Assembly (NCBI RefSeq): GCF_001194135.2
Contig: NC_068988.1
Location: forward strand, 96,434,813 to 96,498,652
Origin: Octopus bimaculoides
Lineage: Eukaryota
Direction: 5' to 3'
Length of the DNA: 63,840 nucleotides
Part shown: positions 40,685 to 53,707 of the stretch, one piece after another
How the letters are laid out: each line of letters begins with the position of its first letter
How positions within the stretch are numbered: the first letter of the stretch is position 1
Notes under the pieces: generated by a model
Databases searched by the model: none
The model's input: the letters and a program-made list of their open reading frames with translations, nothing else
What the model was told of the DNA's origin: nothing
Position numbers and translations under genes: made by a program

Positions 40685-40838
40685 ATAACATCGAAAAATA
40701 CCTTAGGAATGAGAACTCTGGTTCGAAATTTCCCCAAGACACCTGATGAAGGCTGGAGTGTATATCAGCCGAAACGTTGTGTTAACAACAAATAAGATGA
40801 GGACAAATATCCGTCAAATGTAAATAATGTAAATAATG
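40685..40838 (+). mobile_element. Hammerhead-bearing repeat body, same family as 17399-17632
   Basis: Shared body sequence; tail of GTAAATAAT repeats. Confidence 0.85.
40738..40783 (+). ncRNA. Minimal type I hammerhead ribozyme motif
   Basis: GACAC-CTGATGA-A-GGCTG-gagtgtatat-CAGCC-GAAA-CG-TT-GTGTT: 5-bp helices I and II, palindromic AACGTT helix III, predicted cleavage after 40778. Confidence 0.75.
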
Positions 40839-40859
40839 AACTGACACATTAGCCACAAT

Positions 40860-41442
40860 ATGTTTGCCAGTCCTGTGAAAAACAATAGCCATATCTGCAT
40901 CAAACCATACCCAATCGGATTTTATGGAAGAAAACATATATTCTATAACATGTAACCGTTCAACACAAAATTGCTTTGTAAAGAAATGTCGTTCTGGTCT
41001 GAAATATCTTTGATAAGAGGTCTTCTTCATCGACAAAGAGTCGACCTTTAGATAAACCATAACAACACAACCTCAACTCTTTCTCCAAAATATATCAAAT
41101 ATATTCGGGAGGCTGGAATGAACTCATCTCTACGACTAATGATACATAGTTCGAAGAGGTGTTTACGAGGAAAGAATTCTGCAATACCTTAGATCTGAAG
41201 ATGTTTATAAATATTGAAATAAACATAATTGAGAAAGTTTCAAAGAATATATTGCTAGTGTCGAAAGAGGGACTCTTTGCCCCTATTATTTCCGTTTGTT
41301 TGGATAGACACACTTTGGGATGATATTCGAGAAGGTCACAACTATTTCGCTCGTTGGCAGCCATTTTGATGGTCACCGAGTACAAAACTAGATTCGATGA
41401 TGTTCTTGGATCAATTGTTATTGCTATATTTATTAAACTAGA
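40860..41442 (+). pseudogene. Decayed reading frame of unknown origin (about 190 codons, one frameshift)
   Basis: MFASPVKNNSHICIKPYPIGFYGRKHIFYNM*PFNTKLLCKEMSFWSEISLIRGLLH...(+1)YIVRRGVYEERILQYLRSEDVYKY*NKHN*ESFKEYIASVERGDSLPLLFPFVWIDTLWDDIREGHNYFARWQPF*WSP; protein-like composition, no family recognised. Confidence 0.35.
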
Positions 41443-41479
41443 TAAGTAGAGATGTGGTACAGCAGAAATCGGTTAGTGA

Positions 41480-41481
41480 AG

Positions 41482-41556
<75 letters not shown>

Positions 41557-41585
41557 GAGAGAGTAAGAGAGAGTGAGAGAGAGAG
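41480..41585 (+). repeat. (GATA)n-(GA)n microsatellite
   Basis: Direct reading. Confidence 0.9.
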
Positions 41586-42506
41586 AATAAAACAATTTTC
41601 TTGTTTCTTGTCTCTTTATTGTTATCTTCTTCTTCTTCTTCTTCTTCTTCTTCTTCTTCTTCTTCTTCTTCTTGTTTGTTGCTGCTATTATTTGTGTAAA
41701 TTAGAAACACATGGCTGTAAATCACGTCTGCACGCAGCGGGACCGATCACTGTCATACTCTAGGTTTCTGGATGCATCAACCAGCCACCCACCCCATTCC
41801 CTTCCCTATAACAGTATCTTCTGTCTCCGCTCGTATATTTTATTTCAGATAAACCGAACACAAACTTTTAAATTAGATAAATTACCGTTTGTACATGTTC
41901 GTGTTTCGAAGTGTGTTGGCATACATACACACACACACATACATGCATACAAACAGACACTCACATATACACATATATATGCATGTATGTATGCGTATAT
42001 CTATTTGTCAATGTGGTTGAGTATTTCAATGTCTAATATGCTTAGTTGTGTGTGTATCGCTATGAGTTACTTTGAAGTATCTGCTGTGTCTGTACATATA
42101 TCGCTGAGTATGTCATTGTATGCATGTGTGACGAAACATATACGTGTGTGTGTGTGTGTGTGTGTGTTTTGGCCTATTATTTTTGCAGTATCGGGAGAAC
42201 AATAGAATTCGCTTGAAGTCTCACAAATTTTGGTGATCTAAAATCATTCTCTACAAATACTTTAAAGCTTTATTTTTCACCGTGAGAGAATTCCATTGAA
42301 AAATAAAACGAAAAACTCACATACTTATCATGCTAAACAATTATGGCTAGAATAACGCTTCTCGCTCCCAATTATATTTGACACTGAAACGAGCGTTTGA
42401 ACTGTAAACCTTCAGGGGTGGGGGCTTTATGCAAACAAGGAAACAGAAGCTATGTGAATTTAATGAAGGTTATAAAACTTGTCAACCAATAAATAAATGC
42501 AAGCAT

Positions 42507-42564
42507 GACAAGACTATGATATGCTGACGATGTTCAATAAACCCGAAACATGTCCATAGTTGTC
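42507..42564 (+). ncRNA. Hammerhead-like motif with weakened helix II
   Basis: ATG-CTGACGA-tgttcaataaaccc-GAAA-CATG-TC-CATAGTTGTC; palindrome ACATGT, GUC site, upstream GACAA..CTATG can pair with CATAGTTGTC. Confidence 0.4.
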
Positions 42565-43153
42565 TGCAAACAAAACATCAGACGATCAGACTAAAAGGTA
42601 GCCAATTCAGGTTTGAGGGAACTTCATTCTTAATTCCTTAAAATTATTATTTTCTCTCTTCTTTGAAAGTCGCTGAAGATTCTGCATCATTTTCTGAATT
42701 AAGAGTAAGTTTGTAATTAATTCAGACGTTTTGCAGACATCATTTCTTTGCCTTTTTATCCAAATTCATACCATTTGTTCCCTTTAATTGTTTCCTGTAG
42801 CTCATTATATCTGTCAAGTAAATTAAGTATATTGGCTAACAAATTTTTGTAGCTAATTTTCTATAAAGCTGTTCAACTGATTAATGCAGGTCTAATAAGG
42901 CTAAAATTTATCTATAGTCGTCTTTTGTCTGGAATAAACTGATTTTGGGGAATTAAATCTTAAAACCATTTCTCCTTTCTTGTTTGTTTCCAACGACCAA
43001 ATAAGATATTTTCAATAAACTGATACATTTTCATGCATACGTCATTCAGAGCATTAGTCTTTAACTTGTTTTGTTAATCTGTGATTAGTCTACAGTTACT
43101 GGATTGTTATTCAATCAATTAAATACATTTCACGTTACAATGTGAGTGCAAGT

Positions 43154-43412
43154 GAAATGTAAATAGTTGTTCATCGTCACGATGGATAATGTTTAGTCAT
43201 CGTATTTTAATGGTAAATCTATCCAGCAGACGACAGAAATCTAGGGTAACTATATAACGGCTGTACTCAACATTAGTCGTGAGAAGAGGAGAAATGTAAT
43301 CATCGTTCATTGTCTTTTTCTGATAATGTTTAGTTATCAAACTTTAATGGTAAATCTATCTAGCAGACGACAGATATCTAGGGCGTAAATGCAATCGTTG
43401 TACTCAATATTA
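43154..43412 (+). repeat. Diverged tandem duplication, period 137 bp
   Basis: GAAATGTAA, GATAATGTTTAGT, TTAATGGTAAATCTATC.AGCAGACGACAGA.ATCTAGGG and TGTACTCAA all recur at +137. Confidence 0.8.
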
Positions 43413-44661
43413 ACCTACAAAACGGCAGAAGCGTTTACGTTTGCCTAAGCATATGGTTCTCTTTTGTACATAAAAAGGGGGAATATAAACGTGCTAGCCC
43501 ACTTTAGTTTATAACTAGTACTTATCGACTCTGAAAGGTTGAAATGTAAAGTCAATAAAAGATTACATGGAAACATAATGAAATAGACTACAAACTGTAT
43601 GTTACGTTGATGTTAATGTTCGCTTCTTTACTATCTCGGTCAACCTAATCACTCTACATTTCAGCGAAGTGGTTCAAAACCGAGGCAGACTTACACAAGA
43701 GAAATACTTGATATGCGATATTAAGTTCGTTTAGGCTTACAGAAATTACGTTAGATCATGGCGTAACCTAAACCAGTACTTTTTGACCTGGACGTTAACC
43801 GCTCCTTGGAGGTGCTATGAGCTCATAAAGAGGAAACACATGCCAAATGGATGCTATAAAGGTGCTGGATGTTTAAAACAGATTTTTCCTAGAAATATGA
43901 TATTTAAATCAGGTTTAATACTTATATTTTAAACATATTAAAAAAAAGATTTGTTGGGGGCTAGAATAGGAGTAAGATATGGTGTTATCAGAGGGTAGAA
44001 ACATGACTGAAGATGTACCGAAGTCCAATATGATTTCATTATACAAGTCTTGCCTTCTTTTGTAATTTCCATAGAAATATATCTTAAGAAGTATTAATCT
44101 ACGCAAATAACCAAATAGGAGAACATACTCCCTCTCTTTCATACACACAAGCGTGATGCGCACGCGCAGGTGTGACCTGGTATTGGTAATCATGTCAGCT
44201 AATCTGTGAAGAATAGAGGGAAAACCTCCACGAGCTTCCTTGATAGGGAGAGTGATTTGAGGAGAAATCCCTGTGTCGCACAGATAATGATTCGATCTGT
44301 CATCTCCAGGGAACCCGAATTTCAGTTCACAGAAGGTACCCCATTTGTGTCATGACAAACTTCACTATATTCTATGGTCGCTGTTGATTTAGTTGTGAGA
44401 AACAGGTACCAACATCTGAGGGGAAGTTAAAATTATAATAATTTAGCGTTCTATCTCTCAGGTGTATCTCTCATCTATTTATCCCTCCAAAGTTAAATGC
44501 AGGATCAGGAATGAGTTCGAGGTACGTGGCTTTCGAAAAAAGAAAACTTAGAAAATAATTGAGCAATATTGAAAATGTTTACTGTTTATTCGATTCGTTC
44601 ATTAATTCCATCCGTCGCTCCGTAATCGAACAAGTCTGGAAGAAGGGAGGAAATAACTAAT

Positions 44662-44878
44662 ATTCTTTTCTACTCTAGGCACAAGGCCAGACATTTTTGG
44701 GGAGGGGGCCTGTCGATTAGATCGACTCCAGTACGCAACTGGTATCTAATTTATCGTCCCCGAAAGGATAAAACGTAAAGTCGACCTTGGCGGAATTTGA
44801 ACTCAGAACGTAAATACTGACGAAATACCGCTAAGCATTTCGCCCGGCGAGCTAACCATTCTGCCAGCTCGCCGCCTT
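44662..44878 (-). mobile_element. Full-length SINE family A with 14-bp TSD
   Basis: TSD AGGAAATAA(C/T)TAAT at 44648-44661 and 44879-44892. Confidence 0.9.
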
Positions 44879-45562
44879 AGGAAATAATTAATCTTATGAA
44901 TAAATGTAAAACATATTTTAGAAAGAGGGTGACGATAATGTTTGCATTTGAAATGTGACCAGTTCAGTAAAAAAAGAAGGAGAGGAAAACTCTATGGGTT
45001 CATTCTTGGAAACAAATACAGACCGAAAATCTCCTATAATCTCTTATATATCTGATATACATAACACGCGCGCGCGCACATGTATATATATGTATGCACA
45101 TACATATACATAAACATATACATACATATATACATATATATGTACACATATACATACATATATATACATATACATACATGCATAAACTTATACAAACATA
45201 CATATATATATACATTTATATATATATATANNNNNNNNNNNNNNNNNNNNNNNNNNNNNNNNNNNNNNNNNNNNNNNNNNNNNNNNNNNNNNNNNNNNNN
45301 NNNNNNNNNNNNNNNNNNNNNNNNNNNNNNNNNNNNNNNNNNNNNNNNNNNNNNNNNNNNNNNNNNNNNNNNNNNNNNNNNNNNNNATATATATGTATGT
45401 ATGCATGTATATAAACACTTATCACAAATTATCAACACAATATTAATTTAAAGGAACGCCTTTTCTTTCTTGTATTTTTTTTTTTATTAGGTGCCAGTAA
45501 AGTTTGCTATGATCTGGAGGAATTCAAGTTTTACTGCGTGGTCGATTTAATCCCAATATCAG

Positions 45563-45876
45563 GGAAGGTGAGCTGACAGAATCATTAGTCCGACGCATAA
45601 AATGCTTAGTGGCGTTTTTTCCGGCTTCACTTTCTGAGTCCAAATGTTGCCAAAATCAACTTTTGACTTTCATTCGTTCGGGAGCGATAAATTAAATACC
45701 AGTTAAATACTGGGGTCGATGTAGTCGACTAGTCCCCCACCCTCGAAATTTCAGGTCTTGTGCCTGTATTAGAAAAGATCATTATTATTATTATTATTGG
45801 AGGCGACAAACTGGTAGAATCGCTAGCGTATCCGACGAAATACATATCAACATTTCTTCTGGCTCTTTACATTCTA
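45563..45876 (+). mobile_element. Diverged SINE family A with (ATT)n tail, followed by a second SINE head
   Basis: GAGCTGACAGAATC...GATAAATTAAATACCAG...CTGGGGTCGAT...CTTGTGCCT.TATTAGAAAAGAT(ATT)n. Confidence 0.75.
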
Positions 45877-46715
45877 TGCCACACGCTTTCCTTTACATAC
45901 GAGGCATTTCCTTCAGCTTAACTTCCTCGAGAACGACATCCGACTCGGAAAACGTATGTTTATGAACAACTCTGATTAAATAATAAATAATAAAGATATT
46001 TGGAAAAAAAAACACAAAACAAAACAAAACACAAAANNNNNNNNNNNNNNNNNNNNNNNNNNNNNNNNNNNNNNNNNNNNNNNNNNNNNNNNNNNNNNNN
46101 NNNNNNNNNNNNNNNNNNNNNNNNNNNNNNNNNNNNNNNNNNNNNNNNNNNNNNNNNNNNNNNNNNNNNNNNNNNNNNNNNNNNNNNNNNNNNNNNNNNN
46201 NNNNNNNNNNNNNNNNNNNNNNNNNNNNNNNNNNNNNNNNNNNNNNNNNNNNNNNNNNNNNNNNNNNNNNNNNNNNNNNNNNNNNNNNNNNNNNNNNNNN
46301 NNNNNNNNNNNNNNNNNNNNNNNNNNNNNNNNNNNNNNNNNNNNNNNNNNNNNNNNNNNNNNNNNNNNNNNNNNNNNNNNNNNNNNNNNNNNNNNNNNNN
46401 NNNNNNNNNNNNNNNNNNNNNNNNNNNNNNNNNNNNNNNNNNNNNNNNNNNNNNNNNNNNNNNNNNNNNNNNNNNNNNNNNNNNNNNNNNNNNNNNNNNN
46501 NNNNNNNNNNNNNNNNNNNNNNNNNNNNNNNNNNNNNNNNNNNNNNNNNNNNNNNNNNNNNNNNNNNNNNNNNNNNNNNNNNNNNNNNNNNNNNNNNNNN
46601 NNNNNNNNNNNNNNNNNNNNNNNNNNNNNNNATATACACATACACACACACACACAAATACACGTACACATATACCAAGGGTTTTCACACAATTTTCGGC
46701 TTCGGAATTCACTCA

Positions 46716-46800
46716 TGGGACATTGGTCAGTCCGGGGCTATTGAATAGCACACTTACGCAAGATGCCGCGCAGTGAGGCCGAACCCGAAACTATGTGGAT
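46716..46800 (-). mobile_element. SINE family B head fragment
   Basis: CAAGATGCCGCGCAGTGAGGCCGAACCCGAAACTATGTGG in reverse orientation. Confidence 0.55.
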
Positions 46801-49420
46801 GGAATCATTGATTCAACTAATCCTATAATTATTTTCTTTGCCCCGGGACGATGAAAGTGAAAGTGAACTTCGGTGAGATTTGAACTTTGGTCGCAAACAG
46901 ACGCAACTTATTGTCATTAGGAATTTTGTCCAAGCGTTTTGTTATTTGTGTTCCCAGATCAGAAATCTGGTGGGAAGGGAAAAGCCAAAAACATCGAACT
47001 CAGGACTTGGCTGCTGTTTCAATTTATTGGTCGTGAAAGGTTGAGAGGTGCAGTTGACATCCTTGTGATTCGAACTCAGAACATAAAGAGCCTAAATAAA
47101 TACCACTAAGTGTCTGTCAATCTAACGGTTCTACCAATATAACAGTCCTAAAAGACAATTATAACACTTTCGTAATTATCTGGAGAGAAAGCCAATGTCT
47201 CATAGAAAACAATAAGTTGAATGGAAGGTCATAACCTGCAAAGGATAACGATTCCAGAGGGGGAGACGGGGGAGAATGATGGGGGGGGGGGTCGAAAGGG
47301 GTTGGATGGAGCCTTAGTGACATTGAATCCTGTTTCGGTCTTGGCCCTTTTTTTTTCTTTGTGGCTGCAAATCCGAAATCGTTGCCGCAATACAATCATC
47401 TTGACACAAAATGAAATATCAAACAGTAGAATTTAGCCAAATGTTTTAACGCTTCATTTTATTACGATTGAAAGAGTTGTCACATTGAACAAAGTTTAAT
47501 AACGACGGCCGAACCGATTAACAAATTTAGGCTTTAGATTCGCGGATTGAAAATTGTTCTTAAACTTCATTCTTTCATGATGAAGGAAAAGGTTAAAAGT
47601 TATTCTGACTGAGAGCATACCATAATTGGAATGACCCTTTACCGATCAACCTCATAACTAGCAAAAAGTTATTGGTGGACTGAGAACCTACGAGCGTTCT
47701 TTCATTCGTTCTTTCTTTCTTTCTTTAGTAGTAGTAGTAGTAGTAGTAGTAGTAGCTGTTGTCATTGTTTTGTCGGAAATCAGAGGTCAACAAAATGACC
47801 TATGACGAAAGGCAAACCATCCACGACCATCCTGTCTTTTACGACTTAAGCGGCAGCACTTACCAATGCATCATGTCGTTCAACTTTCAAGAGATGCGAT
47901 GTGTTTTGGCCCTTGTTCTGAAAATTTTTAGCTAGTTGAGATGTTGAATCTCTAAGTAGTATCCATGGAGTGCATCAGAAATACAAGATGAAAATTATCC
48001 CCACGCCACCATCCGATGCTAACTTATCCAATTTGACATCGTAAATATTTATAACTAAAGAAATCTTTCAAAAACCACCCTGTCTGAATTGAAACATAGG
48101 ACGAGATGAGTTCGAAATACAACGCCGTATAGACGCACGTTTTGGTCTTTATGCAACAATGCATCAACTCGGTCCCTCAAGAACAATTAAACACATCACC
48201 CCCTTACGGCTGTCCGATAGTATTGTTACCTATTTGCTCAAGTTATCTCATGAAAAATATATCTATGATTTCATAAACATCAAACTCGTAATTTCCTTCA
48301 TGGTGACGTCGAAAGCCCCTACATGTTTTTCATTGAGAAACGTTCAACTTGCATAAAATCTCATAGCGGCCATAAAAACGTTTAAATTCGAAACAGAAAA
48401 AACAAACAGAAATAACGTTTTACTTCCTGGAGAGAACGATAAACCTAACTTCAGATTTCCCCGCAACGTACAAAAAACCCAAAATACAACAAACAATTGA
48501 ACTCCCGATAGGTGTTCGGGAATTGAAAAGAATTTCGTCATACAGACAAAATTCGTTAGAATGGTTTGCGTTGTAACGGAATTTTACTCGTATGATTATA
48601 TATGAATACATAAATTTGTATATNNNNNNNNNNNNNNNNNNNNNNNNNNNNNNNNNNNNNNNNNNNNNNNNNNNNNNNNNNNNNNNNNNNNNNNNNNNNN
48701 NNNNNNNNNNNNNNNNNNNNNNNNNNNNNNNNNNNNNNNNNNNNNNNNNNNNNNNNNNNNNNNNNNNNNNNNNNNNNNNNNNNNNNNNNNNNNNNNNNNN
48801 NNNNNNNNNNNNNNNNNNNNNNNNNNNNNNNNNNNNNNNNNNNNNNNNNNNNNNNNNNNNNNNNNNNNNNNNNNNNNNNNNNNNNNNNNNNNNNNNNNNN
48901 NNNNNNNNNNNNNNNNNNNNNNNNNNNNNNNNNNNNNNNNNNNNNNNNNNNNNNNNNNNNNNNNNNNNNNNNNNNNNNNNNNNNNNNNNNNNNNNNNNNN
49001 NNNNNNNNNNNNNNNNNNNNNNNNNNNNNNNNNNNNNNNNNNNNNNNNNNNNNNNNNNNNNNNNNNNNNNNNNNNNNNNNNNNNNNNNNNNNNNNNNNNN
49101 NNNNNNNNNNNNNNNNNNNNNNNNNNNNNNNNNNNNNNNNNNNNNNNNNNNNNNNNNNNNNNNNNNNNNNNNNNNNNNNNNNNNNNNNNNNNNNNNNNNN
49201 NNNNNNNNNNNNNNNNNNNNNNNNNNNNNNNNNNNNNNNNNNNNNNNNNNNNNNNNNNNNNNNNNNNNNNNNNNNNNNNNNNNNNNNNNNNNNNNNNNNN
49301 NNNNNNNNNNNNNNNNNNNNNNNNNNNNNNNNNNNNNNNNNNNNNNNNNNNNNNNNNNNNNNNNNNNNNNNNNNNNNNNNNNNNNNNNNNNNNNNNNNNN
49401 NNNNNNNNNNNNNNNNNNNN

Positions 49421-49453
<33 letters not shown>

Positions 49454-51574
49454 CATACATATATTCTTATATAAGTGAGCAGGTATTGCAAGCGTAATCC
49501 CTGGTTCGGTTCTATATGAATGAACATATAGCAGGATCTACACACTTCTAACATACGATTGTGTTTAACACTTCCTTGTGTCAGAAAATATGCAAATATT
49601 TTTTGTGTGCGTTAATGTATGTCTCTTTGCACGGACGCGCTTCTGCACGTCTTGTGCATTGACATGAGTAATGATGCATCTTCTACGCGCATATTACTAC
49701 GTGAGCAACGAAATGCAGGCGGCTGGTTTGATGGATCCTTAGAACTTTCAAAATAAGAGAACAAGAAACCAAAAGTGATGTTCTAATCGTTTCTTCTTCA
49801 TTTCCAGACGTTCTGCATTTAAGATATTCTGCTTAATCGCACAATTTTGATGCTTTCTGCGATGAAGCAATTAAGAATACACTTCAGTCTTTGATTCGAG
49901 TTCTAGATTTCTTGACGAGAGTGCAAATGGTTAGTTATATATCTGCACCCTGTCCAGTTTTTTTCTCTGTAAGAGATTAATTGTTATCTATTTACTATGT
50001 TCTGCTGTAGCTACATGTTTAGCGTAGTTCTTAGCTTTTTTCACCATGTAGCATTCTCTTAGCTTTTCTCTGTTTCTCTGTTCGTCTACCATTTCTGCCT
50101 TGTATTCGTCGATTTCGTTTATGACATTTTAAAAATTTTCTGTTTCGTTGCTATTTATATTTTTCCGTTATTGTTTACGAGATATTTTTTTCGTCCAACA
50201 GTTGGCATTTTATGACAGTCTCAACTTATATAAATCTTTTTTCATTCATTTATCCGCGTTAAGCATAATCTTTCTCTGCCAGACTTTAGATGGTGTACGA
50301 AATTTAGCAATGATTATTGTTGTTGTTTTTTTTGTTTCTCCAGCTAAAATATTAAGTAACTAAAACTTACTGCTGAGGCAGCTAAAGTACTACTTCGTGT
50401 TACCTTATTTTTGCATTTCTTTTTGTTTTATATGTTAATCTAATATGTTTTTTTTAATATTCTTTCCCACCTTTTTTCATTTGTGGTGGTATATTTTCAT
50501 GGACAATGAAACAGTAATTGTTTACATGAGTGTAGTATNNNNNNNNNNNNNNNNNNNNNNNNNNNNNNNNNNNNNNNNNNNNNNNNNNNNNNNNNNNNNN
50601 NNNNNNNNNNNNNNNNNNNNNNNNNNNNNNNNNNNNNNNNNNNNNNNNNNNNNNNNNNNNNNNNNNNNNNNNNNNNNNNNNNNNNNNNNNNNNNNNNNNN
50701 NNNNNNNNNNNNNNNNNNNNNNNNNNNNNNNNNNNNNNNNNNNNNNNNNNNNNNNNNNNNNNNNNNNNNNNNNNNNNNNNNNNNNNNNNNNNNNNNNNNN
50801 NNNNNNNNNNNNNNNNNNNNNNNNNNNNNNNNNNNNNNNNNNNNNNNNNNNNNNNNNNNNNNNNNNNNNNNNNNNNNNNNNNNNNNNNNNNNNNNNNNNN
50901 NNNNNNNNNNNNNNNNNNNNNNNNNNNNNNNNNNNTATATATATATATATATATATTATTTAAAAGAGTTCTAACTCTGTCTGTTTTTTATGTTTTATTT
51001 ATATTCTTATAAAATTAATGTGGAATATAGAATATATGTATGTATGTATACTTATATACCTTAGAATATCAAAACTGGTTTTGATAGTCTACTTTTGATA
51101 TTCTACTTTTGATATTCTACTTCTTTTCGTTCTGTCTAGTAACCACGTAACTGTTGAGCTTTACTAAAGAAAAGATTTTGTAAAACAAAACAACGTATTT
51201 TATTAGTTTTTCTTTTCTAAAAGCGTCGGGTTTTCTTACTTCAATTGTTTCTAAGAAACCAGAGTGGATATTTAATCAAGCAAGCCAGCAAAAAATATAT
51301 GCAACTTAATATTGTTTTTGCTGACTGGTTACATATTTAATATAATGGGTGGTAGACGGGGATGGTGGTATCAAATTCCTGCTTGTCTGACCTTTCTGCA
51401 TTACTCCAATTATACACGAAACGTTTGCTAATGGAACATGGTTTCAATCAAAAATAAGATGAAATGGACAGATGTGCAGAACAGGAAGTTGCACCGATGC
51501 GAGACTGCTACATGTCTATAAATTGAAATGCACTCAGGAATCGAGGCACTATTGTCTAAAGGTTTCTTGCCGTT

Positions 51575-51721
51575 ATGTATGTATGTGTGTATGCATGTAT
51601 GTATGTATATGTATGTATGTATGTATGCATGTATGTATGTATGTATGCATGTATGTATGTATGTATATGTATGTATGTATGTATGTATGTATGCATGTAT
51701 GCATGTATGTATGTATGTATA
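51575..51721 (+). repeat. (TATG)n microsatellite
   Basis: Direct reading. Confidence 0.9.
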
Positions 51722-53707
51722 CATATATATATATATATATNNNNNNNNNNNNNNNNNNNNNNNNNNNNNNNNNNNNNNNNNNNNNNNNNNNNNNNNNNNN
51801 NNNNNNNNNNNNNNNNNNNNNNNNNNNNNNNNNNNNNNNNNNNNNNNNNNNNNNNNNNNNNNNNNNNNNNNNNNNNNNNNNNNNNNNNNNNNNNNNNNNN
51901 NNNNNNNNNNNNNNNNNNNNNNNNNNNNNNNNNNNNNNNNNNNNNNNNNNNNNNNNNNNNNNNNNNNNNNNNNNNNNNNNNNNATATATACATATATACA
52001 CAGTGTTTCCACAAATAACGAAAAATGAAACTACTCAGGAGCGTGTGTTTCGGTTGTGCTGGTCTCGTAATTGCACAGCACTGCCACAGCGTCTGTGGAC
52101 GAGATAGTGGAATCTTATCGGCCCAGTTGTAGTATGTAAATTGTCAAGAATTGTTGTTATGCTGTTTAGTATTAAAATATGCCGGGTGCATTCGGTACGT
52201 TTGTGGTTTTGTAACATATAGAAAACATTGTACAGAAATTAGCATTCTGTATCATAATATTTTATTTAGGCCAAGGATTTCGTATTTGGTCTTATATCAA
52301 ATTTGATATTTTATAGAATATTCAAAATAATTACATTCATTTTCTCAGTTTACAGAAATGAGGATGGTCAAGGTGATGAAACCAAAGGTGGAGGTGGTGG
52401 GGGTGCTTTGCTTTCTATCATCATAACAAATCCTGAGTCCATCTAGAGTAAATGGAAGTTATGATTCATTACAATAAACAGCAGTAGCACACTAGAATTA
52501 ACGAGTGTTTCATTGGATTACCGTACCGAGTTAAAGGCCGCTCGCAGGAATACTTAGTTTCTATAGAGCAACAGGAATAAATATCATGTGTTTCGAGTTA
52601 CAGATACAAGAGTTATGCTTTCAGATTCGGGAAAGAAATAGCTTAACCCATAAAGCGCTGGGATTTGCACTTACATAGCGTGGACTGCTGAGCGCATTTT
52701 ATGAAAATGAGGGCAAGTTTTATACATCATCTGAAAAGTCATTAGTTGAACTATTAATCCTCTTGTATTCTGGGGGATATCGGAGTGTTTGAGTGACATT
52801 AGACCCCACCAACAAACGCCCATAAATTAAATGCATCTACCTGGGCCACGGTCGTGGCCTGTCGACCTGTGCCTGACTGCCACGATCGTGGCCCGTCGCG
52901 CTTTATGTGTCAACATACACATCCACTCACATCCTTTCACAATTCCTCTGGTCATGAGTGCAGGAAACCCCAACGAAATTTGAATCCAAAATGTAGAGGG
53001 ACGTAACTAATTCTAATTGTATATTTTACTGGTTTCCCTACCATTTCTGGTAGTCTACCATTCTAATCATAGTGAAACAACAACAACAACAAGAACAACA
53101 ACGACAACGACTTATAGAAAGTCAATCAATAGGTTCTTTCTGGTCACATTGCCTGTCTGTTGTATAGCTTCACTGTGCTGTTACGCGTAAATGAAACGAA
53201 ATATTGAATGAAGCAACAATGAATAACAAAAAACAAACAAAAGAAACGGAAACAAACAAAAAAAAAAGACAGGATAGAAGTCCCAAAAGTTAGTCTGGAG
53301 CTGCAGATAATATTTCTAAGTTGAAGGTAAATGTAAAGGGAATAAAATATTGGTGACATAACCGAATCATATTTGGTGACATAGATTCGTCACTGGTAGT
53401 ATGACACTGTTTTACGAAAACCATACAACAACATGGAAGGGGGACTCAAACACAGACAAATACGAAAACAAAAGTTTTGTAATAAATAAACAAATAAAAA
53501 GTTTGGTAAATGGTGGAATAGTCTGAGAGTCGTCTGAAAAACTGTACCTGAACGTTACGAGTTCGATTACCGGTGGGGGCAACTTTACCTTGCAAGTTTC
53601 CTAGATCGATAAAATATGTATCATTTAAATCTGGAGGATAATCTAATCGATTAAATCTGTCTCTAAGATGTTCGATCTTGTATCGATATCACAATACGTG
53701 AATGAAT

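Noticed and set aside
41195-41240. CTGAAGA followed by a TGTTTAT/ATAAACA stem
   Set aside because: Seven extra bases before GAAA; lies inside the decayed reading frame.
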